Under the pieces are notes generated by a model that was not told where the DNA came from, made no database searches, and saw only the letters and a program-made list of their open reading frames with translations. Shown here piece by piece: positions 41,112-51,789 of a DNA stretch of 64,000 nt (positions are counted from its first letter, which is position 1; every line of letters starts with the position of its first letter). The position numbers and the translations under genes are program-made. This DNA comes from Candidatus Latescibacterota bacterium (GTDB taxonomy: Bacteria > Krumholzibacteriota > Krumholzibacteriia > WVZY01): the NCBI GenBank assembly GCA_963791045.1, contig CAWBQK010000003.1, forward strand, positions 1 to 64,000, in the 5' to 3' direction.

Positions 41112-41636
41112 ATGAAAATTGAATCAACACAGCAACCACCGCCGTCAAAAGGCCGCCTCATCTTCGGTGGTTTGATATTCGTCGCCGGGCAGCTGGTGCC
41201 GTTTACGGTTCCTCTTGTGACGCGCTCGGCGCTTCCCACCGTGTGGAAAACGATTCTATCGGCCGTCCTTTTGATCTCGCCCGAGCTTTTTATTCTTATG
41301 GCCGTGGCGGTGCTTGGTAAGTCGGGCTTCGATCATCTCGTTGGATTGTTCAAAAGCGCGTTCGGCCGCTTCTTCAAAGAACACGGACCGCCTGAGACGG
41401 TGAGCCGCGCGCGCTACCGTGTGGGCCTGGTCTTGTTCGCCGTTCCGATCGCCTTTGGGTGGGCGACGCCGTACCTCATCCACCACCTTCCGGGCTTCGA
41501 AGCACGGCCGTTTCTCTATGGAATCCCGGGAGATATTCTGCTCGTGGTGAGTCTGTTCGTTCTCGGAGGAGAGTTCTGGGACAAGCTGAGATCGTTATTC
41601 GTCCACGGGGCGCGAGCCCAATTCCCCAAGGGCTGA
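41112..41636 (+). CDS. Transporter-suffix-domain-like membrane protein
   Basis: AVAVLGKSGF, VSRARYRVG, GDILLVVSLFVLGGEFWDKLRSLF. Confidence 0.65.
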   Translation: MKIESTQQPPPSKGRLIFGGLIFVAGQLVPFTVPLVTRSALPTVWKTILSAVLLISPELFILMAVAVLGKSGFDHLVGLFKSAFGRFFKEHGPPETVSRARYRVGLVLFAVPIAFGWATPYLIHHLPGFEARPFLYGIPGDILLVVSLFVLGGEFWDKLRSLFVHGARAQFPKG

Positions 41637-41701
41637 ACCGGTAGTCGTCACTTTAGGTGAGGCCTGCAACGTGCTGTGGTTATGTCAGATGCGAGGCCGA
41701 C

Positions 41702-43353
41702 CTACCTCTTCAATATCCCCTCGAATTCCGATCCCTTCCGCCATGTCGGATACGTGTCTTCCATGCTCAGCCGGTAGCCGATTTCAAAAAAGAGCTTCGC
41801 GTCGTTTGCAATTCCGGTGAGGTCGGCCGTCTTTGCGTCGTACTCATCGCGGGCCGGTGGTACATCGTCGACCAGTACTCCTTGATCTTGCCCGTCGTCC
41901 AGTCCCTGCCGTGTTCGGCATGATCGGTCCATCCTTTGACGAAGAGCGCCGGGACGCCTTTCTTGGCAAAACTGAAATGGTCGGTTCGGAAGTACATTCC
42001 GTTTTCGGGGAATGGATCGGGGGCCACATACCGGTTCTGCTTCTTTGCCGCCGCCTCGACATAGTCGTCGAGTTCAGATTGCCCGTAGCCGTAGACCGTC
42101 ACGTCTTTCATCGGGCCCAACGGGAGAAACAATTCGTAGTTCAGATTCGCCACCGTCTTCTCGAGAGGGAAAGCGGGATGTTCGACGTAATACGCCGACC
42201 CAAGCAGACCGTCCTCTTCGGCGGTGACCGCGACAAAGAGGATCGATCGTTTTGGCGGAGACTCGAGTTCGGAAAACATACGGGCGGTTTCGAGCATACA
42301 CGCCAGGGGAAGCGCGTTGTCCGCTGCGCCGTTATAAATAGTGTCGCCGTCGACGGCGGGCCCGATCCCCAGATGATCCCAGTGCGACGTGTACACGATG
42401 CACTCGTCGGATCTATCGGTGCCGCGCAGCAGCGCCACCACGTTCTTCGACGTGTCGAGTTTTATTTTGTTGTCTATCGACAGCGAGATCCTGGCGCCGA
42501 CGGGGACGGGTTTGAAATCCCGATGGGCCGCCGATTCCGAGAGGGATTCGAACGACAGGCCGGCGTGTTCAAAAAGCCTGGCCGCTGCATCGGTCGTGAC
42601 CCATCCTTCGAGCGCGCACAGTGACATATTGTTGTCGTCGGCCTGAAGGACGAGGGCGGGCGATGCCGCGCCGTTCTGCAGAACCGTCCACGGATACCCG
42701 GCGGCCTTCGTCTCGTGTACTACCATGATACCCTCCGCTCCCTGGCGCGCCGCCTCCTCGTACTTGTATGTCCACCGTCCGTAGTAGGTCATCGCGTTGC
42801 CGCGGAAGAACGCGTCGTCCTGAACGGCGAAACCGGGATCGTTGACCAGGACCACAACGGTTTTGCCCGTAACGTCCAGGTTCTTGTAATCGTCCCAGTC
42901 GTACTCCGGCGCCACGATTCCATATCCGGCGAACACGAGTTCGGAGTCTTTGATATGGATCTCTTCAACGATTCGCTGCGTCGAGGCGACAAAATCATCC
43001 ATAAAATCGAGATGGATCGTGCCTCCGCCCGTCGTGATCGCCATCTTTTCAGACGGGGTGGCGTCAATCTGGGCGAGCGGCACCTCCTGGAAGAAGTCGC
43101 CGGAGCTGCCGCCTTCAAAGCCCATCGCCTCGAATTCTTTTTTGAGATAGGCGACTGTTTTGATTTCACCGGGGGTGAAAGGTTTCCGTCCTTCGAATTC
43201 GTCGGACGCGAGCACGAGAACATGTCTCTCCAGCCCCGCAATGATCGCGTCCGTTTCGGAGCCGGCTTTGCCTGTTTGCGCGTTGTCGCAGGCAATGACA
43301 TGAGCGAGCGCGGCAAAGACAATGGCGACCGACAAAAATTTTTCAAGCTTCAT
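41702..43353 (-). CDS. M28 family metallopeptidase lipoprotein with PA domain (frameshift near 41850)
   Basis: LASDEFEGR, MTYYGRWTYKYEEA, HWDHLG, IYNGAADNA, TAEEDGLLGS, RTDHF, YH. Confidence 0.9.
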
Positions 43354-43424
43354 TTGGCGCCCCTGTGGATTCGAGGTTGCATCCTGATGAAATATCAATG
43401 ATTTTATATGATGAGGACTCGATC

Positions 43425-44810
43425 ATGATCAACCGGTTTCTGATAATTGTCGCGGCGGCGCTGCTCCTAGCCGGGTGCGGGCGGGATGAAACGCCTGGGA
43501 CCGTTGACGTGGTCAAGCCACCGGATGAGAAGGTGTCGAAGCCCGATGTGCCTGTCGGAGAACGAGTTGTCGAATTCGGTGAACCTGTCGAGTTTACGGC
43601 AGGTGGTTCGAGGAGCACCCGCAGTCACGCGCTTCAGTACCGTTTTGATTTTGACGCCGAGGGGGAGCACTTCTACAGCCGTTGGATTTCAACAGATACA
43701 CGCGACCTTGCCGTCGTATCTCTGAACTGGGATGAGCGCGGAGCCTATGTCGTCAAGGCACAGGCGAGATGCGCAAGTCACACCGCCATTGAGTCCGAAT
43801 GGTCGGAGGGATTGGAGATCGAAGTGGGTCTCGGTCCGGACACCGATATATTCCATATCGTCAATATGTACACGATCGGCCGTACGACCTATTCGGATAC
43901 TCTCGACTTTCGAGATGCCATCCCGGACACGGTACCGTTCGGAAGCTGGATAACACTCTTTTACAAAGGCCAGGACACCACGTTTGCCGCGGCCGAGTGT
44001 CCCGACCCCCTCAACAAATGTCTTTCGTATCAGGTTCAATATTCGCGTGATTCGGACAGGGTTTTCGGAGCGGGCGCCACATCGGTCTGGTTCCCAAGTC
44101 CACCCGAAGATTCAAATCCCTACGGTACTACCGACTCGACCAGTATGAACATCGGCAGTCTCGAATATGCGATTCGGGTGCGTGCGTTTGACTGGTTCGA
44201 CCGATTCGATCCATCGCCCGCCGAAATCGAAATCGTCGGCAACTTCGATCCCACACTCGACAATTTCGCGATAAGCAACGAAGCCGGCGCTATCGTCGGT
44301 GATTCCCAAACACTGTTCTGGAATTTCTGGGAACCGGCGGACAGTGAACTCGTTGTCGATGGCCCGGAGCTCAAGATCCGTAAGACGTTTTTCTTTGTCT
44401 TGGACGCGGCCGGTCACGACCATCCGAAGGAACGGCAGGGATCGGGTGTGTTTTCGTGGTATTACCAGTTCGAGCGTGGGGACGAGGAGGGAGTGTATGA
44501 TCCGTTCGGCCGCTCGGGCAACTGGGTGGACGGGTTGGATGTGAACGCTTTGAGCGATACGATTCGATGGGTGGTCGAGTATCCGGTGTCGGACGTTAAC
44601 GGCGACGAAGTGTTCAACAATCTGCCCGGGTGGATCGACCGCTGGTATGAGTTCTCGGTGATGGGGCGCGACATCGAGAGTAATGAAATTTTCGAGCAGT
44701 ACGTGTTCTTCTACGGAGAAAAACAACTCGCCAATTCGTATCTCACCGACCTGCTCGGCCGCTGGACGGCGCCGGGCTCCCAACGCATCAAATTCTCGAT
44801 TGTTCGCTAG
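43425..44810 (+). CDS. Hypothetical acidic lipoprotein (PKD/Ig-like domains)
   Basis: MINRFLIIVAAALLLAGC lipobox; long open frame rich in W/Y/D. Confidence 0.7.
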   Translation: MINRFLIIVAAALLLAGCGRDETPGTVDVVKPPDEKVSKPDVPVGERVVEFGEPVEFTAGGSRSTRSHALQYRFDFDAEGEHFYSRWISTDTRDLAVVSLNWDERGAYVVKAQARCASHTAIESEWSEGLEIEVGLGPDTDIFHIVNMYTIGRTTYSDTLDFRDAIPDTVPFGSWITLFYKGQDTTFAAAECPDPLNKCLSYQVQYSRDSDRVFGAGATSVWFPSPPEDSNPYGTTDSTSMNIGSLEYAIRVRAFDWFDRFDPSPAEIEIVGNFDPTLDNFAISNEAGAIVGDSQTLFWNFWEPADSELVVDGPELKIRKTFFFVLDAAGHDHPKERQGSGVFSWYYQFERGDEEGVYDPFGRSGNWVDGLDVNALSDTIRWVVEYPVSDVNGDEVFNNLPGWIDRWYEFSVMGRDIESNEIFEQYVFFYGEKQLANSYLTDLLGRWTAPGSQRIKFSIVR

Positions 44811-44992
44811 CTAGTGTGATGTGAGGCAAGCGCGGGTGGCGGCTCACGTTCTGGGTTGTTGAAGCCTCTGAGCATGACATCCCGCACTTCGCTTCGCTCG
44901 CCGATGGGGCCCCCGGAGCGGCGCAGCGCAAGCGAGCACGCGCGGGGTAATCGGCGACAGGACCCGCGCTCAAATTCTCGATTGTACGTTAA
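44788..44992. repeat. 16-bp direct repeat flanking a ~160-bp GC-rich structured insert (MITE/REP-like)
   Basis: TCAAATTCTCGATTGT at 44788 and 44970; inner inverted repeat AGCGCGGGT/ACCCGCGCT. Confidence 0.6.
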
Positions 44993-45882
44993 CCGAAGCG
45001 GCCGGTGACATAGTCGCCGGTTTCGGTCAAATGTGGATTCATAAAGATATCCGATGTGGGTCCGTACTCGATCAGACGGCCCAGGTACATAAAGGCGGTG
45101 AGGTCGCTGACGCGCGCCGCCTGCTGCATGTTATGCGTGACGATCACTATCGAGTACTCGCCGCGGAGCTCCCGCATTAGTTCCTCCACCTTGCCGGTGG
45201 CGAGCGGGTCCAGGGCGGAACAGGGTTCATCCATCAGGAGCACTTCGGGTTCTCCGGCGATTGCCCTCGCGATACACAACCGCTGCTGCTGACCGCCTGA
45301 CAGACCAAGCGCGTTGTTGTCCAGCCTGTCTTTGACTTCATCCCAGAGTGCCGCGCCCTTTAGGCTCCGTTCGACCACTTCGTCGAGAACCTGCTTGTCC
45401 CGCTCCCCGTCGACGCGGAGGGAGTACACGACATTTTCATAGACGCTCATCGGGAACGGGTTCGATTTCTGAAAAACCATCCCCATGCGTTTTCGAAGTT
45501 CGATGACATCGACGCCCTTGCCGTAGATCGAGTCACTGTTGAGGAGAATGTCTCCGCCGTAACGAACGTTGTCGAGAAGATCATTCAAACGGTTAATCGA
45601 GCGTAACAGTGTGGATTTTCCGCAGCCCGACGGACCGATGATCGCCGTTATCTGGCCTTCCGGGATCTTCATGTTGATGTCGTGAAGAGCCTGGCTCGTC
45701 CCATACCAGAAGTTGAAGTCGCTGGTTTCCAGAACGGATGTTTTCTCGTTCACGGCATCGTGAGTTTCCGTCACGACTTTATCGCCGCGAGCGATTGCCG
45801 CGAGCCGGTCCGATGTTTGGGTCGTATTGGCGGTCAACTCGTCTGCCTCCTCGGCGAGGATATCAAGTTGTGATTGTGTCAT
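44989..45882 (-). CDS. pstB: Phosphate ABC transporter ATP-binding protein
   Basis: [50 protein letters not shown]. Confidence 0.97.
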   Translation of the reverse strand: MTQSQLDILAEEADELTANTTQTSDRLAAIARGDKVVTETHDAVNEKTSVLETSDFNFWYGTSQALHDINMKIPEGQITAIIGPSGCGKSTLLRSINRLNDLLDNVRYGGDILLNSDSIYGKGVDVIELRKRMGMVFQKSNPFPMSVYENVVYSLRVDGERDKQVLDEVVERSLKGAALWDEVKDRLDNNALGLSGGQQQRLCIARAIAGEPEVLLMDEPCSALDPLATGKVEELMRELRGEYSIVIVTHNMQQAARVSDLTAFMYLGRLIEYGPTSDIFMNPHLTETGDYVTGRFG

Positions 45883-45903
45883 AAAGTCATTCCTCGAAAT
45901 TCA

Positions 45904-47655
45904 TCAAAACTGGTTTGACACGAACTTTTTTCTCAATCGGTTGCGGATCAATATGGCCGCCACGTTGAGGGCGGCAATAATCAATATGAGCAGCAAAGTA
46001 GTTGTAAATACCATGGGCTTTGCCGCTTCGCTGTTCTGACTCTGGAAACCCACGTCGTAGATGTGGAAGCCCAGATGCATGAAACTTCTTTGGGGGTGAA
46101 AGAAAGGCGCCACGCCGTCGATCGGCAGGTCGGGAGCGAGTTTGACTGCCCCGACCAGCATCAATGGCGCGACTTCACCGGCGCCCCTTGCCATGGCGAG
46201 AATGAATCCGGTCATGATGCCGGGCATTGCGCGTGGGAGAACCACCCGGCGAATCGTCTGCCACTTGCTCGCGCCGCACGCATAAGACCCTTCGCGCATC
46301 GAGCTGGGAACCGCCGCGAGCGCCTCCTCGGTTGCCACCACAACGACGGGAAGCGTGAGGAGCGCAAGTGTCGCCGATGCCCAAATGACACCGCCCTTGC
46401 CGTACGTGGGGTTCGGGAGTGTGGCGGAAAAGAAAAGCTCGTCGATCGATGCGCCGACGATGTAGCAAAAGAACCCGAGTCCGAATACGCCAAAAACGAT
46501 ACTCGGAACGCCGGCGAGATTGTTGATCGCGATGCGGACGGCGCTTACCATGGGCCCCGCTTTGGCATACTCGCGGAGGTAAAGCGCGGCAAGAACTCCG
46601 AACGGGACAACGACGGCGGACATCAGGAGTGTCATGATCACCGTGCCGACAATCGCCGGCCACACGCCGCCTTCGCTGTTGGCCTCGCGCGGGTCGTCAG
46701 CAAGGAACTCCCGCCACCGTGACGCGTACACTCCGATCTTGTCCCATAGGTTCAGCCTGTTGGCGGGAATAGCACGGACTATTTCGGATAGGGCAAGCGT
46801 CGCTTCGCGGCCGTCAATCGTCGTCATGATCATTTGGTAACGTTTGTTTTCCCTCCGAAGCTCATCGATTTCCGCGGACAGCGATTCTTTTAGTTTTTCG
46901 ATTTCTTTGACTTCGTCGTTGAACACTCTCGTGGCGGTCGCGTATTCCTGTGTCTCGACGCCTTTGTCGAGCTCAACGGCCCTCAGTTTGAGACGGGCTT
47001 TTTCGAGGCGGGCATGAACGGCTCCATAGTCGATCTTTTGGAGCTTGTGGAGCCGCTTTTGTTTTTTGATCACTTGGTCGTGGTTTTCGTTGAACTGATT
47101 CCAGACCAGTTCGGGGGAGTCTGCCGTGGTGTCACCGTCGATGACAAATCTCGTCGGGAATCCATAGAAACGTCCCCACGCCTGCCGCTCGATGAGCATG
47201 CTCCAGGGGTCTCTCTCCGTTTCGACGACGGCGAAATCGTCAATCCAGTGGAAATGTGTGTTGGTGATATCGAAGTTGCCCGTCCGGTACAACTGCCGGC
47301 GCGTTTCACCCTCTTCCACAAACGGTTTTGCGCGCACGGCGAGTTCCTGGGGGAGCTTGTCGACGGTCGACTGGTCGAGGGAGTATGTCTCCCGGCGCGT
47401 GATCTCTCCCATGTACTTCGAGCCATCCGCCAACCGGACGGTAACGATCTCTGACGGCCAGAATGTCATCGCTCCCTGGGCGAAAACAAGCGTGAGCAGG
47501 CCGACGATCATAACCACGCAAACGGCCAACGCTCCGCCGGTCAACCACACCATGGGTTCCCCGTGGGCGAGGAGCGAAGTCTTGCCCCTCGTGCGCGTCC
47601 GCGTTCGCGGCGCTCCGCCGCTCGATGTATCGTTTTGTCGTGGCTTGTCGTTCAT
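45904..47655 (-). CDS. pstA: Phosphate ABC permease PstA, long form
   Basis: DDPREANSEGGVWPAIVGT, NLAGVPSIVFG, ARGAGEVAPL. Confidence 0.95.
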   Translation of the reverse strand: MNDKPRQNDTSSGGAPRTRTRTRGKTSLLAHGEPMVWLTGGALAVCVVMIVGLLTLVFAQGAMTFWPSEIVTVRLADGSKYMGEITRRETYSLDQSTVDKLPQELAVRAKPFVEEGETRRQLYRTGNFDITNTHFHWIDDFAVVETERDPWSMLIERQAWGRFYGFPTRFVIDGDTTADSPELVWNQFNENHDQVIKKQKRLHKLQKIDYGAVHARLEKARLKLRAVELDKGVETQEYATATRVFNDEVKEIEKLKESLSAEIDELRRENKRYQMIMTTIDGREATLALSEIVRAIPANRLNLWDKIGVYASRWREFLADDPREANSEGGVWPAIVGTVIMTLLMSAVVVPFGVLAALYLREYAKAGPMVSAVRIAINNLAGVPSIVFGVFGLGFFCYIVGASIDELFFSATLPNPTYGKGGVIWASATLALLTLPVVVVATEEALAAVPSSMREGSYACGASKWQTIRRVVLPRAMPGIMTGFILAMARGAGEVAPLMLVGAVKLAPDLPIDGVAPFFHPQRSFMHLGFHIYDVGFQSQNSEAAKPMVFTTTLLLILIIAALNVAAILIRNRLRKKFVSNQF

Positions 47656-47660
47656 ATTTC

Positions 47661-50300
47661 TTACAACTGGTGTGCGCGTTTGCGGAACCGTAGGCGCACG
47701 ATTTCAGCGACCGTATTTATCACAAATGTCATCGCAAAAAGAATCAATGCGGCCAGGAAGAGCGTACGGTAATGCGTGCTGTCTTTCACAGCTTCGGGCA
47801 TTTCGACGGCGATGTTCGCCGACAATGTCCGGAATCCATTGAATATATTTATGTCGAGAATCGGTGTGTTGCCCGCCGCCATGAGAACGATCATCGTTTC
47901 GCCGACGGCGCGGCCGAGACCGATCATCATTGCCGAGAAGAGTCCGCTCATCGCCGTCGGTACGACTATGCGGATGGCGGTCTGCCACTGGGTGGCTCCG
48001 GCGCCCAAAGACGCCGCGCGCAGATGTTCGGGGACCGAGGAAAGAGCGTCTTCGGCGATTGTGTAGATAATGGGAATTATCGCGAATCCCATCACAAAGC
48101 CGACTACGAGGGCGTTTCGCTGTACGTAGGTGTCAAAAAACTGGCCATGGCCCCGCGGGTCCAGGCCGGTCTGCTGGAAAAGCCATGCAACCAGGGCGGC
48201 GATCGAGAGGGTCGCGACGGCGCCCACGCCTGCGCGCGTTATGTCGAGAAGGCCGAGCTGCGTCCGGTCGAGTTGTTTGGATTTGTTGCGAAACCACGGT
48301 CCCATTGTTCTTGTCATGAAGAAGACGACGGTCAAGGCCGATACCGGGATCATCAACAGGAACCATCCGCCAAAACCCGAGCCTTTGTTTCCGTCGAGCC
48401 ACAGTGCGATGTCACCGAGAAAGAGAACGCGCTCGACAACAGGTCCGAACACGACGGCGAGGAGCATGCCGATGGGCAGCAGCGCAAGTAGAAGCAGCAG
48501 CCTGAACTGCGCAAAACGAAGCGTGACTCGCTGGGGCAGGAGCTGCCAAATATAGGCGCCGACAAGAATCGTCCCCGGAACCGTCACAAAACTGATGAGC
48601 GCGGTGGGGACGATTTTTTGGACGAACGGCGCGAAGACCAGCGCCGCGAGAAAGCCAAGAACAACACTCGGCAAGCTCGCCATGAATTCGATGAATGTCT
48701 TGACCCGAGTGCGAAGCGCCGGCGCCAGAAATTCACTGCTGAATATCGCCGCGAGAAGCGCTATCGGCGCCCCGAAGAGCATCGAGTAGAGCGTCGCCTT
48801 GAGCGTTCCGAACACGAGCGGCCACAAACCGAATTTTGGCTCAAAATCATCGGTGGCGCTGGATGACTGCCAGACATGCGACGGCTTTTTGTAACTCTCA
48901 TACCAGACAGGAAGAAAAAGAGCGCTGAGAGTGGCTTCGGGATGACCAACATCCATCTCCCAATGCCACAGTCCCTTCGGCGTCAGTGCGATAATTCCAT
49001 CATTCTTTGGCGCAATCCGCAGGCCGAGAACCGGTTCTCCGGGGTCGGCGACGAGGTCCAGGATTTTGGCGCCGCTTGTGACCTGGTAAACCTTGATCGC
49101 TCCTTCACTGTTGCCGACAGCTATGACGCGGCTTCGCGGCGATGAGGCGATCGCGGTTACCGGCGCGTCGCCTGTGTCGAAGTCGCGAGCGGCAACGAGC
49201 ACGGCGCCGTCCGGCGTTTTTGCGTCAAGCGGTTTATGTTTGAATGTTGCGAGGACACGACCGTTTGTGTCTCCTGCGAGAAGGGTTGCCTGGCCGATAA
49301 GGAGTTGTACCCGCGTTAGTTCGCCGGAATCTCTCTCCAGCAGGCTCGTTCTTTCCGCGAATCTCGGATTCTCAATGTCCTGCGTGTCATATCGAACGAT
49401 ATCGCCATCCGGCCAAATCAAGACGGTATTACTTCCGCCCTCCAGTAAGGTCAGGTGCGTCGGCCATTCGCTCCTGTCTTTGATCCCAAGCCCGCCTTCG
49501 TTCACGAGCGGGTCGGGAAGCGTGGCGCTGCGGACCTCCTGAAAGATTTCTCCAGTCATCAGGTTTTCGTACTGGCGTACGGCGTTGAACCGCAGGACGC
49601 CGTCGGAGGTGAGTGTCGTCACGACCGGCCCCGCGTCGTTCACGATGAGGTCGAGAAGAACGACGCTCTGAGTGCTGTCGACGAGGATGGGCGGGTTGAG
49701 ATTGATTCCGAGTTTTTGTCTGCGGAGTTGCCCTTCCGGCGTCATCTCGATAATCGCCGCCTCGTGCGACACCGCACTCCCGGCTTCGAGATTATTGAAC
49801 GATTCGGGTAGCGACCCTGGTTCTGGAAAGTCGGTTACAAATCCGATGGATCCGATCTGTACGTGGCCATCGTCGAAACCAAAGGCGACGGCGTCGCCCT
49901 CAACAGGAAAGGCCCACGACACGAGCCGCCTGCCTTCGAACAACACCCGTTCTTCGAGCGGCTCGCCCGTATCGAGCCGGGACACTTGAATCGTGCCGTC
50001 GGGATAGAGCGCCCAGCCGATTACGCGATACTCGTCGACATTGAAATGGACGGGCGAAATGCCCGCGTTGTCAATTTCGAACCGGCTCGACTCATGTGAT
50101 GATCCGGGAAGGAAAAGCGGGACCACAACGGTTACAAGAAAAAGACACATAGCCAGTACGGCAATGATCGTTCCTATGCCGCCGGCGGTGATTCCCACGG
50201 TCGCGACACGATCGGCGACCTTCACGGACATGCGCGTGTCGTGCCGTCGTGGACGCTTCCGAGACGTTGACTTTATATTGTCTTGTTTTTTTGCTGACAT
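47661..50300 (-). CDS. pstC: Phosphate ABC permease PstC with large extracytoplasmic beta-propeller-like domain
   Basis: VWYESY...WQSSS...EPKF, SLPSVVLGF, GRAVGETMIVLMA, TLSANIAVEMPEA. Confidence 0.92.
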   Translation of the reverse strand: MSAKKQDNIKSTSRKRPRRHDTRMSVKVADRVATVGITAGGIGTIIAVLAMCLFLVTVVVPLFLPGSSHESSRFEIDNAGISPVHFNVDEYRVIGWALYPDGTIQVSRLDTGEPLEERVLFEGRRLVSWAFPVEGDAVAFGFDDGHVQIGSIGFVTDFPEPGSLPESFNNLEAGSAVSHEAAIIEMTPEGQLRRQKLGINLNPPILVDSTQSVVLLDLIVNDAGPVVTTLTSDGVLRFNAVRQYENLMTGEIFQEVRSATLPDPLVNEGGLGIKDRSEWPTHLTLLEGGSNTVLIWPDGDIVRYDTQDIENPRFAERTSLLERDSGELTRVQLLIGQATLLAGDTNGRVLATFKHKPLDAKTPDGAVLVAARDFDTGDAPVTAIASSPRSRVIAVGNSEGAIKVYQVTSGAKILDLVADPGEPVLGLRIAPKNDGIIALTPKGLWHWEMDVGHPEATLSALFLPVWYESYKKPSHVWQSSSATDDFEPKFGLWPLVFGTLKATLYSMLFGAPIALLAAIFSSEFLAPALRTRVKTFIEFMASLPSVVLGFLAALVFAPFVQKIVPTALISFVTVPGTILVGAYIWQLLPQRVTLRFAQFRLLLLLALLPIGMLLAVVFGPVVERVLFLGDIALWLDGNKGSGFGGWFLLMIPVSALTVVFFMTRTMGPWFRNKSKQLDRTQLGLLDITRAGVGAVATLSIAALVAWLFQQTGLDPRGHGQFFDTYVQRNALVVGFVMGFAIIPIIYTIAEDALSSVPEHLRAASLGAGATQWQTAIRIVVPTAMSGLFSAMMIGLGRAVGETMIVLMAAGNTPILDINIFNGFRTLSANIAVEMPEAVKDSTHYRTLFLAALILFAMTFVINTVAEIVRLRFRKRAHQL

Positions 50301-50407
50301 GATGTTGGACCGGGTGACGGCAAGGGCCGCCACCCAGTCCGGGAAAGCCTAAACGGATCACTATTATGTCGACGCGAATACCTCTCCGCGCTTGCGATCG
50401 TCTCCGA

Positions 50408-51399
50408 TCAAAGACCGATCCTGGACAGGTCTTCTCCGGCGATCCGCTCGCTGATCGGGAAGTAGCCGTCCTTGAGGACATTGCTCTGTCCCTGCGAGCT
50501 GAACACGTACTTTATGAACTCAGCCCGGAGCGGATCGAGGTCGCCGCCCGGCTTGTAGTTTACATATAGGTAAAGAAAGCGCGCCAGCGGGTACTTGCCT
50601 GCGTAGGCAAATTCGGCCGTCGCGGGAATCAACTCGGACTTGGCATCGAGCTTGAGAGGCACGGCACGGACGTCGGCCGTCTTGTAACCAATACCGCTGT
50701 AACCAACGCCGTACATGTCGCTGGCGACGCCTTGTACGACGGAAGCGCTTCCGGGCTGCTCTTTGACCGAGTCCTTGAAGTCGCCCTTGAAGAGGGCGTG
50801 CTTTTTGAAATAGCCGTAGGTGCCCGACGCCGAGTTACGTCCGTAAAGACTGATGGGCTTGTTGGCCCACTCGCCCGTGAGGCCGAGTTGTCCCCAGGTC
50901 GTGATGTCTTCGGGATTTCCGCCTTTTCTCGTGCTTTGAAAAAATTGCGTCGAGCTGTTGAAGGGTGCGAAATTCGATCGGATTATCTTTGTGAACGTAA
51001 ACGGCCAACATGTCGATCGCGGTGCTGACGGCCGTCGGTTTGTAACCGTACTTCTTTTCGAACTCGTCGATTTCTTCGCTCTTCATCGTGCGGCTCATGG
51101 GCCGAAGGTCGATGTTCCACTGATCAGCGCCGGCGGCGCGGTGGACGAACCTTTTCCTTCGACTTCGATGTTGACGTTTGGGATAAAACTTGTGGAAATC
51201 CTCGCCCCAGAGCGCCATGAGATTGTTCATGGTGTCCGAGCCGACACTCTTGATGTTCCCGATACTCCGGAAACCGGTTTGTAGGCTTGGAGCTTCGGAT
51301 CCACCTTGACGGCTTCTCCGGCGCGGACGAGCTCTCCTCCGGCGATCGTGACCGCGAAACGGCCATGGCGCATATGACCAAACACTTGAAAATTGACAT
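50408..51399 (-). CDS. pstS: Phosphate-binding protein PstS (several frameshifts)
   Basis: GSDTMNNLMALW, GKGSSTAPPAL, PMSR, LYGRNSASGTYGYFK, EQPGSASVVQ, GYSGIGY, YPLARFLY. Confidence 0.9.
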
Positions 51400-51429
51400 A
51401 TTTTCCCCTCATTCGCAATTTTAGGGAAT

Positions 51430-51558
51430 GTCTGGCGCGATCAAATTGAAGCGCCAGACAACGCCTGGCGCGATCAAATTGAAGCGCCAGACAACGCCTG
51501 GCGCGATCAAATTGAAGCGCTAGACAGCGTCTGGCACCATAAATGTATTGTGCCAGAC
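51430..51558. repeat. Array of four 30-bp palindromic units at 33-bp period
   Basis: GTCTGGCGC-GATCAAATTGAA-GCGCCAGAC at 51430, 51463, 51496 (1-2 variants) and GTCTGGCAC-CATAAATGTATT-GTGCCAGAC at 51529. Confidence 0.9.
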
Positions 51559-51576
51559 CACGATCGAAGATGTGCC

Positions 51577-51616
51577 TGTTGCGGAATGTTAGGGAAATTG
51601 TTAGGAAAGGATTAGG
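51577..51616 (-). promoter_or_regulatory. Putative Pho box (TAACA-type direct repeats) upstream of pstS
   Basis: Minus strand CCTAAT-CCTTT-CCTAACA-ATTTC-CCTAACA-TTCCG-CAACA, 10-12 bp spacing; phoBR present in window. Confidence 0.45.
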
Positions 51617-51789
51617 ATCGCATGCGAAATCGGTGAAAATCGAGATCCGGCGGGTGAGCGGAAAACATCTAATATCAATGCGTTACGCTACATATCCCAT
51701 GAAGGGTTGCCCAGAAATTCGCAGCAGGCGAGCGGATCTTGCGGGCGCCCAATGACAAAGAAACCGGTGAGCGGATCTGAGGCGGTGCT

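Noticed and set aside
51428-51523. Small + strand ORF MSGAIKLKRQTTP-repeat
   Set aside because: A by-product of the 33-bp period; antisense to the pstS leader and no well-spaced RBS
51430-51558. CRISPR array
   Set aside because: Units are separated by only 3 nt, there are no unique spacers, and no cas genes are present
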